DNA of 26,057 bases from a virus. Lineage: Duplodnaviria; Caudoviricetes. Of the stretch, positions 7,688-15,364 are shown piece after piece. Location: the IMG/VR virus record IMGVR_UViG_3300032335_000060, positions 1 to 26,057 of that record; one strand, written 5' to 3'. The notes under the pieces are model-generated. The model had not been told where the DNA came from, did not search any database, and saw only the letters and a list, made by a program, of their open reading frames with translations. The position numbers and the translations under genes are program-made. Numbering within the stretch: position 1 is the first letter of the stretch; the number at the start of each line of letters is the position of its first letter.

Positions 7688-10516
7688 TTAAAGCCCAAAG
7701 ACCAACGCCAGTGCGGTAGCGCGTGCTTGCGATACCCCCGACGCGGCTGGTGCCTGTGAAACCCATGTCGTTCCGTTGCTTACTAATACATTACCTACGG
7801 TGCTTGGTGCAACCGTTTGAAGCGCGCTTGTCCCGTTGCCGAGAAGAACAGCGTTTGCAGAGAGCGTTGCTGCCCCCGTACCACCATTGCCTACCGGCAG
7901 CGTGCCAGTTACGCCAGTGGTCAACGGCAAGCCTGTTGCGCTGGTGAGCGTGCCAGAGGACGGCGTGCCAAGTGCGCCGCCATTGACGACAACAGCGCCG
8001 GCAGAGCCTACGTTGGTGCCCAGCGCCGTTGCGACGTTTGTGCCCAAGCCGCTGACGCCTGTCGAGATCGGCAGGCCACTGGCGTTGGTCAGCGTGGCCG
8101 CAGAGGGTGTGCCGAGGTTCGGCGTCGTAAAGACAGGCGATGTTGCCAGAGCCACGACTGTGCCGCTGCCGGTTGTCGAGTAGCTTGTGCCCCATGCAGT
8201 GCCGGTGCTGTTCGGAATGCCCGCACCTGGGTAGACCATGCTCGACGCGCCAGGCGACCACGAGGCCGTTGTGCCATTGGAGGTCAGCACGTAGCCGTTA
8301 GCACCGATACCAAGACGGCCTGCCGTGCTCGATCCAGTTCCAAGGATGAGATCGCCAGTAGTCGTGATTGGCGACAGCGCGTTGAACGCAGCCGAAGCGG
8401 TTGTCTGGCCGGTGCCGCCCGATGCGATCGGCAACGTGCCGGTCGTCAGGGCTGATGTGGATGTCGCGTAGACAGCGCCGCCAGACGTGAAGCTGGTGAG
8501 GCCCGTGCCGCCGTTTGTGGTGACGACAGGGCTGATCAGGCTGAACTGAGTGCCGCCGGTAAGCTGGAGGCCGTTGCCTGCCGTGTAGAGCGTGCTGTCA
8601 GAGACCTGCACGAAGGTGAGCGCCGTCACCCCGAAGGTGATGGTTCCGACGGTATTAAGCACATAGGTTTCGCCAGCGCCCGTGTCGCCGCTTGTGACGA
8701 AGAACGCATCGCCCTGGCCGAGGCCATTCGGGCTTTTTGAAGCGTAAGTGTCGGCGTCGGTCGTGCGTGTCAGCACCCAATTCGTGCTGCCGCTGCCGAC
8801 CGTCGTAACCTCGTAGATGCCGTTCTCGAAGGCGTTGGTCTGGTTGTAGATTAGGATGCGGTCGCTAACCGAAGCTGTCGGGCCGTCAGGTGCAAATGCA
8901 GCTTGCGTCCCAGCATTGGTCAGTGTGGCGCCAACACCGACGCCCGCACCGCCCGGCTGGTTGTACGTCGCAGTCAGGTTGCCCGTCGTGTTTGGAACCT
9001 CGTACTTAACCGCCGTGTGATACGTGATGCCAGAGGACACCTGCGTGTCGACGTAGCTCTTGTTCGCAATTTCGGTAGCGGTTGTCGGCGTCGTGCTAAT
9101 CGTACCCGTCGTCAGCGCAACAGACGTGAGCGTCGGCGTCATGCTGTAGCTCGGATTACCCCCAGCGTTAACCAGCACGCCCGTGCCCGAGCCCAAGAAC
9201 GTCGTCGCGCCTGCGCCTGTCTGGTACGGAATAGAGCCAGCCGCGCCACCGCCGATGTTAGTAGCAGTGGTTGCGGTTGTCGCCGTTGTCGCTGTACCGA
9301 CAGTTACGCCAGCCGGATCGCTCCACTGAGGTGCCGAGCCGGTCGAGGTCAAGAGGCGAGTAGACGCGCCAATGGCCAGCTTCGACAGGGCTGTGCCCGT
9401 CGCGTAATACAGCAGGTCGCCAGCCGTGTAGCTGCTCAGGCCCGTGCCGCCGTTCGATGTAATCAGCGTGCCAGCCAGCGTCAGCGTGCCGGCTGACGTA
9501 ATCGGCCCACCAGTGAACGACATGCCAGTCGTGCCGCCGCTCGCGTTGATTGAGGTTACGGTGCCAGCGCCGGTGACGCTGATCCACTCAAGGTCAGTCG
9601 CGCCTGCATTGATAGCCAGCACCTTGCCCGCGTTGCCCGTGTAGCTTGGCAGGAGGTTGATGCGGGCCGCCGTGACCGTTGTGGCGTTTGTGCCGCCGCT
9701 GCTAATAGCCAGTGTGCCAGACAACACATAGTCGCTGCCAGATAGGCCAAAGCTAAGGCCAGTGGTGCCAGCAGTGACGTCGCGCCAAACCGGAGTGCCG
9801 CCGCCGGTTGAGAAGAAGACCTGGTTGTTGCTGCCTGCCGGCCCCATATTTACATTTGAGCCATCGCTATAAAGGATGGCACCGGCAACAGGGCTTAGAC
9901 TGCTGCCGGTGCCGCCACGGGCCAAGGGGAGCACTCCTGAGGTTTCCGTGGTGTCTGAAAGGTCAACAGCCGGGTGAACGTGGTCGTCACGCGCAGCAAC
10001 CGAACTTGTACCGGCAGAGGGTGTGCCGCCCGACTGAGGAAGGGCAGCGGAAAGAGAAAGCGAAATCGTGCGATCAGCAGCGAGTGTACCGCCACCAGTC
10101 AAGCCAGCGCCAGCGGTGATTGAGCGCGATGTGGGGACGTAACCAGACAGGCTGATCGCCGTCGAGGTGGCGACCGTTACGCGGCCCTTGTCGTCGACCG
10201 TGAGGACCGGGATCTCAGAAGCCGAGCCGTACGTACCAGAAGTGACACCGCTAGTAGCAAGCTGACTATAACCAACCCCACCAGCAGCAATAGATATGAC
10301 GCGGTCAGTAGTAAGATCGCCGCCGCCAGTGAGACCACCGCCGCCAGTAATCGTGCGGCTTGAGGGCACAGCGCCGACAGACGCGATATTACCGAAGCGG
10401 ACCTTGTAGGTGACGCCGTTGAGGACATAAGGCAGGTATCCGTCTTGGCTCAGCCCATCGTACTCGGTGAGCTGCGAAATGCGTGTCGGAACCAGATTTG
10501 AGGGAACTGATGTCAT
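7688..10516 (-). CDS. Long Gly/Thr/Ser-rich tail fibre protein
   Basis: 942 aa. About six GTLP(V/I)xxGGTG-type repeats, a duplicated VPxSRxITxGxGLTGGGxLxxDRxIS module, G-x-N-G-x-V-L-x-S-x-G repeats, an N-terminal RISQL motif and C-terminal ATALALVFGL. Confidence 0.8.
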   Translation of the reverse strand: MTSVPSNLVPTRISQLTEYDGLSQDGYLPYVLNGVTYKVRFGNIASVGAVPSSRTITGGGGLTGGGDLTTDRVISIAAGGVGYSQLATSGVTSGTYGSASEIPVLTVDDKGRVTVATSTAISLSGYVPTSRSITAGAGLTGGGTLAADRTISLSLSAALPQSGGTPSAGTSSVAARDDHVHPAVDLSDTTETSGVLPLARGGTGSSLSPVAGAILYSDGSNVNMGPAGSNNQVFFSTGGGTPVWRDVTAGTTGLSFGLSGSDYVLSGTLAISSGGTNATTVTAARINLLPSYTGNAGKVLAINAGATDLEWISVTGAGTVTSINASGGTTGMSFTGGPITSAGTLTLAGTLITSNGGTGLSSYTAGDLLYYATGTALSKLAIGASTRLLTSTGSAPQWSDPAGVTVGTATTATTATTATNIGGGAAGSIPYQTGAGATTFLGSGTGVLVNAGGNPSYSMTPTLTSVALTTGTISTTPTTATEIANKSYVDTQVSSGITYHTAVKYEVPNTTGNLTATYNQPGGAGVGVGATLTNAGTQAAFAPDGPTASVSDRILIYNQTNAFENGIYEVTTVGSGSTNWVLTRTTDADTYASKSPNGLGQGDAFFVTSGDTGAGETYVLNTVGTITFGVTALTFVQVSDSTLYTAGNGLQLTGGTQFSLISPVVTTNGGTGLTSFTSGGAVYATSTSALTTGTLPIASGGTGQTTASAAFNALSPITTTGDLILGTGSSTAGRLGIGANGYVLTSNGTTASWSPGASSMVYPGAGIPNSTGTAWGTSYSTTGSGTVVALATSPVFTTPNLGTPSAATLTNASGLPISTGVSGLGTNVATALGTNVGSAGAVVVNGGALGTPSSGTLTSATGLPLTTGVTGTLPVGNGGTGAATLSANAVLLGNGTSALQTVAPSTVGNVLVSNGTTWVSQAPAASGVSQARATALALVFGL

Positions 10517-10819
10517 TTACGGCTCCAGATATTCTTCAAAGTCCTCGCTGACGAGGAAGTAGCTGTCGTCTTCGGTCGGCAGACCCAACGGATCTGTGCC
10601 GATCGGCGTGTCGGGACGCGCAAACAAAAGCGCGATCTTCTCCGGCTGCCGGGCCGGCAAGCGGTACGGATCATACTCGTCGCGGTCTTCGAGGCACACC
10701 TTGAGGCCCGGATAGTTCGGGTCGCTGTACAAGTCGTCCAGGCTAAACTTACGGCTGCATCGGCCACAAATGCCGATTGCCAGTGTCGAGCGCCCAAGAG
10801 TGTTGAGATATATGCCCAT
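10517..10819 (-). CDS. Small Cys-containing virion protein with acidic tail
   Basis: ATG at 10819 after SD GAGG; CxxC...C motif (ICGRC...KVC); acidic C-terminus LPTEDDSYFLVSEDFEEYL. Confidence 0.65.
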   Translation of the reverse strand: MGIYLNTLGRSTLAIGICGRCSRKFSLDDLYSDPNYPGLKVCLEDRDEYDPYRLPARQPEKIALLFARPDTPIGTDPLGLPTEDDSYFLVSEDFEEYLEP

Positions 10820-10820
10820 A

Positions 10821-11807
10821 CTACCTCGTGTACATCGCAATGTTTGGCGCGATCGTCATCGGGCTGTTGTCGCGCTCTTCGGCCTGCGCCGTGTAAAGCG
10901 CCTGCTGCGCCTTGGCATCGAGCATGCCAATCATACCAACCTCGACCTCAACGATCTCCATAGCCATCTTAGCGGCCAGCATTGAGACAATCGCCTCATA
11001 CCAGCGCTGCGGAACCTCGAGCTCCTGCGTCATGGTACCAACGTCCATGATGTAGCGCTGGATCCAAATCACGAGCTGGGAATAGTCTGCGCCGCTGTTC
11101 GGGACAGGCCACAGATGCATGACAGGGTTAGGAATGACGCGATCGTACCAGTATTGCAGGGAGCGATTGCTCTGGAAATACTTGTTCGGCAGGTTAGTGT
11201 AGTCGTCGCGGTTCATGCGCGCCAACGGGATCTCGGTCGGCGTGTTGCCGGTATAGATCTCTTCGAAGGTGAGCGTTCCGGTTGTTGCCCGCACGCGGAA
11301 GTAGGGCGCAGCAATAGAGCTTTCGAGGTCGAACCAAGTCCACTCCCCGCTTATAGCAACTGGGTTCTCAGTCTGGATCGTCTCCCAGACGATGTTGTCA
11401 GGCGAGCGCTCAAGCGCGATCGGCACTGATGCGGCCAGCCATTTAATCCCTACGGTAGTCACGAACGTGTCGCCACCAAACGCAATGGTGTGCGTGGTCG
11501 ATGTGGTCGTGTTTGTGCCAGAGACGGTCTGAAGCTGGCGGAAATTGCTGTTCAGGATGTCAACGACCTTAGTGTCGAGCACCACATCGCCAACGCCGTC
11601 ATAAAGCGGGAGGATTTGCTTCTCGATGCACCACAGTGGGGCGCCCATGTTAGCCAGGTCGGAGAGCAGCAGATAGAGCTGGTCGTTCGCAATATCGACG
11701 TATTCAGCCGTTATGCTTTCGGCAGGCAGCTTGCACCGACGGATGGCGTTTTCGATCACCTTCCGCGTGTTGAATACTGTTTGTGATACCGTGTTGCTGT
11801 AGGCCAT
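10821..11807 (-). CDS. Head-tail adaptor / connector-like virion protein
   Basis: N-terminal helices (VIENAIRRC...ANDQLYLLLSDLAN), inserted beta domain, then DYTNLPNK...LWPVP...VPQRWYEAIVSMLA; located between head and fibre genes. Confidence 0.65.
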   Translation of the reverse strand: MAYSNTVSQTVFNTRKVIENAIRRCKLPAESITAEYVDIANDQLYLLLSDLANMGAPLWCIEKQILPLYDGVGDVVLDTKVVDILNSNFRQLQTVSGTNTTTSTTHTIAFGGDTFVTTVGIKWLAASVPIALERSPDNIVWETIQTENPVAISGEWTWFDLESSIAAPYFRVRATTGTLTFEEIYTGNTPTEIPLARMNRDDYTNLPNKYFQSNRSLQYWYDRVIPNPVMHLWPVPNSGADYSQLVIWIQRYIMDVGTMTQELEVPQRWYEAIVSMLAAKMAMEIVEVEVGMIGMLDAKAQQALYTAQAEERDNSPMTIAPNIAMYTR

Positions 11808-11870
11808 CAATCCTGCTCGCTGGGTTCAGTCAGCAGCCTACTAGCTCGAGTAGACATTTCTGGCCTCGGG

Positions 11871-11899
11871 GTTATACAAGAAGAGGAGGCCGACGGCAA
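11871..11899 (-). promoter_or_regulatory. Sigma70-like promoter for adaptor/fibre genes
   Basis: Minus strand TTGCCG-N17-TATAAC (-35 at 11899-11894, -10 at 11876-11871), ~65 nt before the ATG at 11807. Confidence 0.5.
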
Positions 11900-11911
11900 G
11901 TCAACCTCCTC
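11876..11911 (-). terminator. Intrinsic terminator-like hairpin after 11923..12678
   Basis: RNA GAGGAGGUUGAC-UUGCC-GUCGGCCUCCUC (12 bp including 2 GU) followed by UUCUUGU. Confidence 0.55.
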
Positions 11912-11922
11912 AATTCCCCATA

Positions 11923-12678
11923 TTAACACTTACCGCCTTTAGGCATGGCCGAAAGGCCGCCCTTGTTGCGGCGGATCATTGGGCGGTCGCTGTGTGCCGG
12001 AACGCCACCACCTTCTTTTCTGGGCAGGGGGCGCACCATCATCCGCGCCCGCTCTAAGTCGCTCATGCCTTTTGCAGTCTTATCGCGAAGCGCCTTGATT
12101 TCAGCTTTGGTAGCAGACGCCCCGAGCGCGCGCCGAGCAAGAGCTTCGCGCTCTGCGTTCGTGGCTTGAGCGCCAAGAGTTTTGCGCAGAAGAGCTTCAA
12201 GGCCGAGATCCGCATCTGTCGCGCGGCGGCCAGAGGCGTCGGTTGGGCGTGTGGACACGCCTTCGACTGCGCGGCCAGCCATGCGGCGATCTTCTGCCGC
12301 AATCTCTGCCATCGTTGCGCGCTTGCCCTTCTCGTTAAATACGCCGCCGCCAAAGCCCTTTTTCATAGGCTTTTTCGCGCCAGCCTTGCGAGCTTCGCTC
12401 ATGGCAATCGCCACAGCCTGTTTCGGGTTCTTGACTTCTGGGCCTTTCTTCGAGCCGCTGTGCAGTTTGCCTGACGCAAACTCGCCCATGACTTTGGCCA
12501 TCTTCTGCTCGCCCTTGACGCTGCCACCCTTGGCGTACTTAGCCACCAGAGCGGGCTTGTTCATTGGGCCTTCCCCGCCTGGCATGTCGGCGCGGCTGAC
12601 AGTCATGCCGCCGCTGGCAAACTTGCGACCCGAGGTGGTGTCGTAGCTGGTCTTCGTGGTGTTCTTAAATCCGTCCAT
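11923..12678 (-). CDS. Basic mosaic protein with DUF6496-like segment and multiple xxGG motifs
   Basis: Start re-assigned to ATG at 12678 (SD AAAGGT). The segment KMAKVMGEFASGKLHSGSKKGPEVKNPKQAVAIAMSEARKAG resembles DUF6496 (recalled, unverified). Motifs FASGG, YAKGG, GFGGG, RKEGG, RNKGG, MPKGG. Confidence 0.7.
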   Translation of the reverse strand: MDGFKNTTKTSYDTTSGRKFASGGMTVSRADMPGGEGPMNKPALVAKYAKGGSVKGEQKMAKVMGEFASGKLHSGSKKGPEVKNPKQAVAIAMSEARKAGAKKPMKKGFGGGVFNEKGKRATMAEIAAEDRRMAGRAVEGVSTRPTDASGRRATDADLGLEALLRKTLGAQATNAEREALARRALGASATKAEIKALRDKTAKGMSDLERARMMVRPLPRKEGGGVPAHSDRPMIRRNKGGLSAMPKGGKC

Positions 12679-12679
12679 G

Positions 12680-13162
12680 TTACTTACCTTTCTTGCGGGC
12701 CGCAGCCATATTATCAATTAAATTCGGGTAGGGTCGGCCAGCCGCCTTGGCGCGTGCCTTAGCAGATTTCTTGCGCTTTACCGACAAGTCCTTGGGCTCG
12801 CCGAGATCCTTGGGTCGCTTCTTGTCCCAGACAGGTTTTACAGCCAAGCCGCCCGTTTTGAAACGTGTTGAGATTTTAACGCCATACCCCTTCGGTGCAG
12901 CGGTGCCAGTTAAAGTGCCCAAAGTAGACCGAGGTTGGCTGATAGCAGTAGGCATTATCTGGGGGCCCATAGAACGAGCCGGTGCGCGCATAGGAACGGG
13001 CACAATGCTACCACCGCCGTCAGAGCCGCCCCCGCCAAATCCACCACCAAGGGGGCCTCCGCTAAAGTCGCCACCGACAAAGGCATTCTCGCGCATCATA
13101 CGATCTAACATAGCGGCATCCGCTGCGCGACGCCCGCTTACAACGATTTCTTCCGAGGGCAT
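12680..13162 (-). CDS. Low-complexity + basic hypothetical virion protein
   Basis: SD AAAGGT; Gly-rich N-half, then FKTGGL, then a highly basic C-terminal module (KPVWDKKRP...AGRPYPNLIDNM). Confidence 0.7.
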   Translation of the reverse strand: MPSEEIVVSGRRAADAAMLDRMMRENAFVGGDFSGGPLGGGFGGGGSDGGGSIVPVPMRAPARSMGPQIMPTAISQPRSTLGTLTGTAAPKGYGVKISTRFKTGGLAVKPVWDKKRPKDLGEPKDLSVKRKKSAKARAKAAGRPYPNLIDNMAAARKKGK

Positions 13163-13199
13163 ACTACTTACCTTTCTCCGCGCTTACGGCACGCTTGGT

Positions 13200-13841
13200 T
13201 CAACAGTCCCATTTGCGCCTCGCTTTATTGAGCCTGCTCTCAGGGTCCCGCGCGGCATTAGGAAACATTTTCGCCTGTCCGGCAGACCGTGCGCAGAAGC
13301 TCTTGCGGCGTGCGGCTGCCTTAGGTGACTTCTTGGCCTGCTTGGCCGAAACTGGGGGCTTGATGTCTTGGCCCTGCGCCTTCAGAGAGGCGCGGCCGAC
13401 CGCATTTAAGCCGCCTTTGGGGTTCTGGCCCTCTTTACGGGTCCAGGCGCCGCCGCCTTCAGCCATCGCCAAACCGCCCTTTCGGAACGGAACGCGCAAA
13501 TTGGCGCCAACCGCCTTTTGCTGCGGCGAGTAGGATAGGCCGGCGCCAAAACCACTCGGTGCGTTGTAGTTTACGCCCACGTTTTGCATGCCGTAGGGCA
13601 TGTTCTGACCGCCGCCGAACTGAGCGTTGGCCGAAACGCCACCGCCCATAGGCATGTTTACGTTCGCCATCTGCATGCGTTGATCAGCCTGCATGTTCAT
13701 CGAGGGCGTCGGGCCCTGCGGCTGCGGCTGGTAGTTCACGCCCGGCATATCCATGCGCTGATTTTGCATGACACCGAGGGCGTCGTTAATCTCGTCCCGC
13801 GCCCGAAGTGCTTTTAGGTCGAAGGCGAAATTTTCGAGCAT
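13200..13841 (-). CDS. Mosaic protein: Gln/Met-rich region, beta-strand region, basic DUF6321-like C-terminal module
   Basis: TAATG coupling to the upstream gene; FRKGGLAMAEGG junction; C-terminal module AWTRKEGQNPKGGLN...RRKSFCARS...SRLNKARRKWDC. Confidence 0.7.
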   Translation of the reverse strand: MLENFAFDLKALRARDEINDALGVMQNQRMDMPGVNYQPQPQGPTPSMNMQADQRMQMANVNMPMGGGVSANAQFGGGQNMPYGMQNVGVNYNAPSGFGAGLSYSPQQKAVGANLRVPFRKGGLAMAEGGGAWTRKEGQNPKGGLNAVGRASLKAQGQDIKPPVSAKQAKKSPKAAARRKSFCARSAGQAKMFPNAARDPESRLNKARRKWDC

Positions 13842-14458
13842 TAGGCAATCCGCTCAGCAGCGAGGATGACAGACGGGACTGCCGGAGCAATCGCCCCGGC
13901 AGCGATGAAGTCAAGTGTCACAGCCACGTTTTCGGGCAACCACATAATCTCGATGTACTGCCCGGCGGTGACCTGCTCGTAGATCACGATCTGAGCAAAC
14001 GTTGCGCCGCCATCGGCAGCCTTGGGGACGTTCACAATGCTGGCCGAGTTGGTGATGTTTGTGCCGTTCAGGCGGAACCAGAACGTTGCGTCGTGATCGT
14101 TGGTATCCGTGTTCTTAAACTGGATACTCGGCGCGAGGGCGTAGGTGCCCGCCACCGCAAACGTGATACGCGTTGGGTTGCCGCTGCCATCGTTGGCGAT
14201 GCTGATGCCTGCGCTAAAGTCTGTGTTCTCGAGCTTGACCGCCGTGGCCGCCGACACACTGCCCGTCTGATCAGTCGTGCTGTACGCCTGAATATACGCG
14301 CGGCCGGCGAGCGACAGGAACGGCACCGCATTGGCGCTGTTGCCAATGTCGCTCGCCGCCACTTTCTTGCTGGTGCCGCCTTGCACCGTCTCGAACAGCT
14401 CCGTCCCCGCAAGGGGTGTGGTGGCTGCTGTGAGATCCGTGATTTTGACGTTAGCCAT
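13841..14458 (-). CDS. Head/tail fibre-like protein with C1q/TNF-like C-terminal domain
   Basis: N-terminal KITDL...GTE...VQGGTSKK attachment-type motif; C-terminal jelly-roll pattern (RITFAVAGTYALAPSIQF...WFRLNG...AGQYIEIMW). Confidence 0.65.
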   Translation of the reverse strand: MANVKITDLTAATTPLAGTELFETVQGGTSKKVAASDIGNSANAVPFLSLAGRAYIQAYSTTDQTGSVSAATAVKLENTDFSAGISIANDGSGNPTRITFAVAGTYALAPSIQFKNTDTNDHDATFWFRLNGTNITNSASIVNVPKAADGGATFAQIVIYEQVTAGQYIEIMWLPENVAVTLDFIAAGAIAPAVPSVILAAERIA

Positions 14459-14473
14459 TATTATTCGCCTTGG

Positions 14474-14740
14474 TTATGTGTACAACACCGCAACGGTGCC
14501 CGTAGTGACTACAGTCAGGCCGTTGTTTGCAGCAATCCCATTGCCACCAAAATCGACAGTGTCGCCAGCAGCGGCGCCAGTCTTGGTGTACAGAACCACG
14601 CCACTTGCGGCGGATGCGTTGTCGTAGACCGTCACGTTACCAGCGCCAGTCACAGACAAGCCAAAGAAACCAGCCGGTGTGGGCTTGATAACTGTGGTGG
14701 TATTGTTGACTACTCGGTAACCGAGTTTATCACCTATCAT
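14474..14740 (-). CDS. Small beta-rich hypothetical virion protein
   Basis: SD AAGGAG; 88 aa with VTVYDNASAASG...GIAANNGL. Confidence 0.7.
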   Translation of the reverse strand: MIGDKLGYRVVNNTTTVIKPTPAGFFGLSVTGAGNVTVYDNASAASGVVLYTKTGAAAGDTVDFGGNGIAANNGLTVVTTGTVAVLYT

Positions 14741-14764
14741 GTTGAACTCTCCTTCAGCTAGAAG

Positions 14765-14804
14765 GTGGCCGCTCAGACCAAAGGGGTGGGAACTGAGCGA
14801 CCAC
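14765..14804 (-). terminator. Stem-loop in intergenic region (possible terminator or processing site)
   Basis: GUGGUCGCUCAG...CUGAGCGGCCAC 12-bp stem; only a weak CUUCU tail follows. Confidence 0.35.
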
Positions 14805-14842
14805 GCAACTTATATCACGTTGTTTGCAAAAAGCGATATGCC

Positions 14843-15286
14843 TTAAGCAACAGTTGCGCCGTAGTTAGAAAGGATCATCCAGCCGAGCGTTGTGAAGTAC
14901 TGAAGCGTCACGCTGTCACCCGCATCGTTGAAGGTGATCGTGCTGAAACCAGTCTTCGTGGTCGGGGTCAGCGTACCGTCGCCGCCGTCAACAACCATGA
15001 CGATCGACAGGATCTGACCGTTCGTGCCGTTGGCCAGCGTCAGAGCGTTAGCGCCAGTGGTGGTGAGGCGGACCGTTGAGGCCGTGATCGGAACAGCGCC
15101 AGCGCCAGAATGGGTCGTGACCGTGCCGAACACGCGGCCGGTGAGATCGCCAGTGACGTTACCAGTGACGTTGCCAGTGACGTTACCAGTGACGTTGCCA
15201 GTGATGTTGCCGGTGATGTTGCCGGTGACAGTACCGATGAAACCGTTGGTCGATGTGACTGGACCAGAGAAAGTTGTAGAACCCAT
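14843..15286 (-). CDS. Capsid-associated fibre/decoration-like protein with GN(V/I)T repeats
   Basis: Start re-assigned to ATG at 15286 (SD AAAGGA): MGSTTFSGPVTSTNGF, then (TGNI/V)n repeats, then a beta domain. Confidence 0.7.
   Translation of the reverse strand: MGSTTFSGPVTSTNGFIGTVTGNITGNITGNVTGNVTGNVTGNVTGDLTGRVFGTVTTHSGAGAVPITASTVRLTTTGANALTLANGTNGQILSIVMVVDGGDGTLTPTTKTGFSTITFNDAGDSVTLQYFTTLGWMILSNYGATVA
15150..15227. repeat. 12-bp tandem repeat (~6.5 copies) encoding TGN(V/I)
   Basis: ccagtgacgtt(a/g) / cc(a/g)gtgatgttg units in tandem. Confidence 0.85.
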
Positions 15287-15299
15287 GTTCATATCCTTT

Positions 15300-15364
15300 T
15301 GCACAAGTCGCTCACCAGTCTGTGCATCGTCCTCTGGGAAGGTCTGGCAAGCTAATTAACCCAG
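15300..15364 (-). ncRNA. Structured double-pseudoknot RNA element, candidate Mu-gpT-DE-like motif
   Basis: Three interleaved helices: CUGGG/CCCAG, GCUUGCCAG/CUGGUGAGC and UGCACA/UGUGCA. Lies downstream of a Mu gpT-like capsid gene; family identity not verified. Confidence 0.5.

Noticed and set aside
14809-14838. Possible extended -10 promoter (TGaTATAAG) upstream of 14474..14740
   Set aside because: No properly spaced -35 element; too weak to call.
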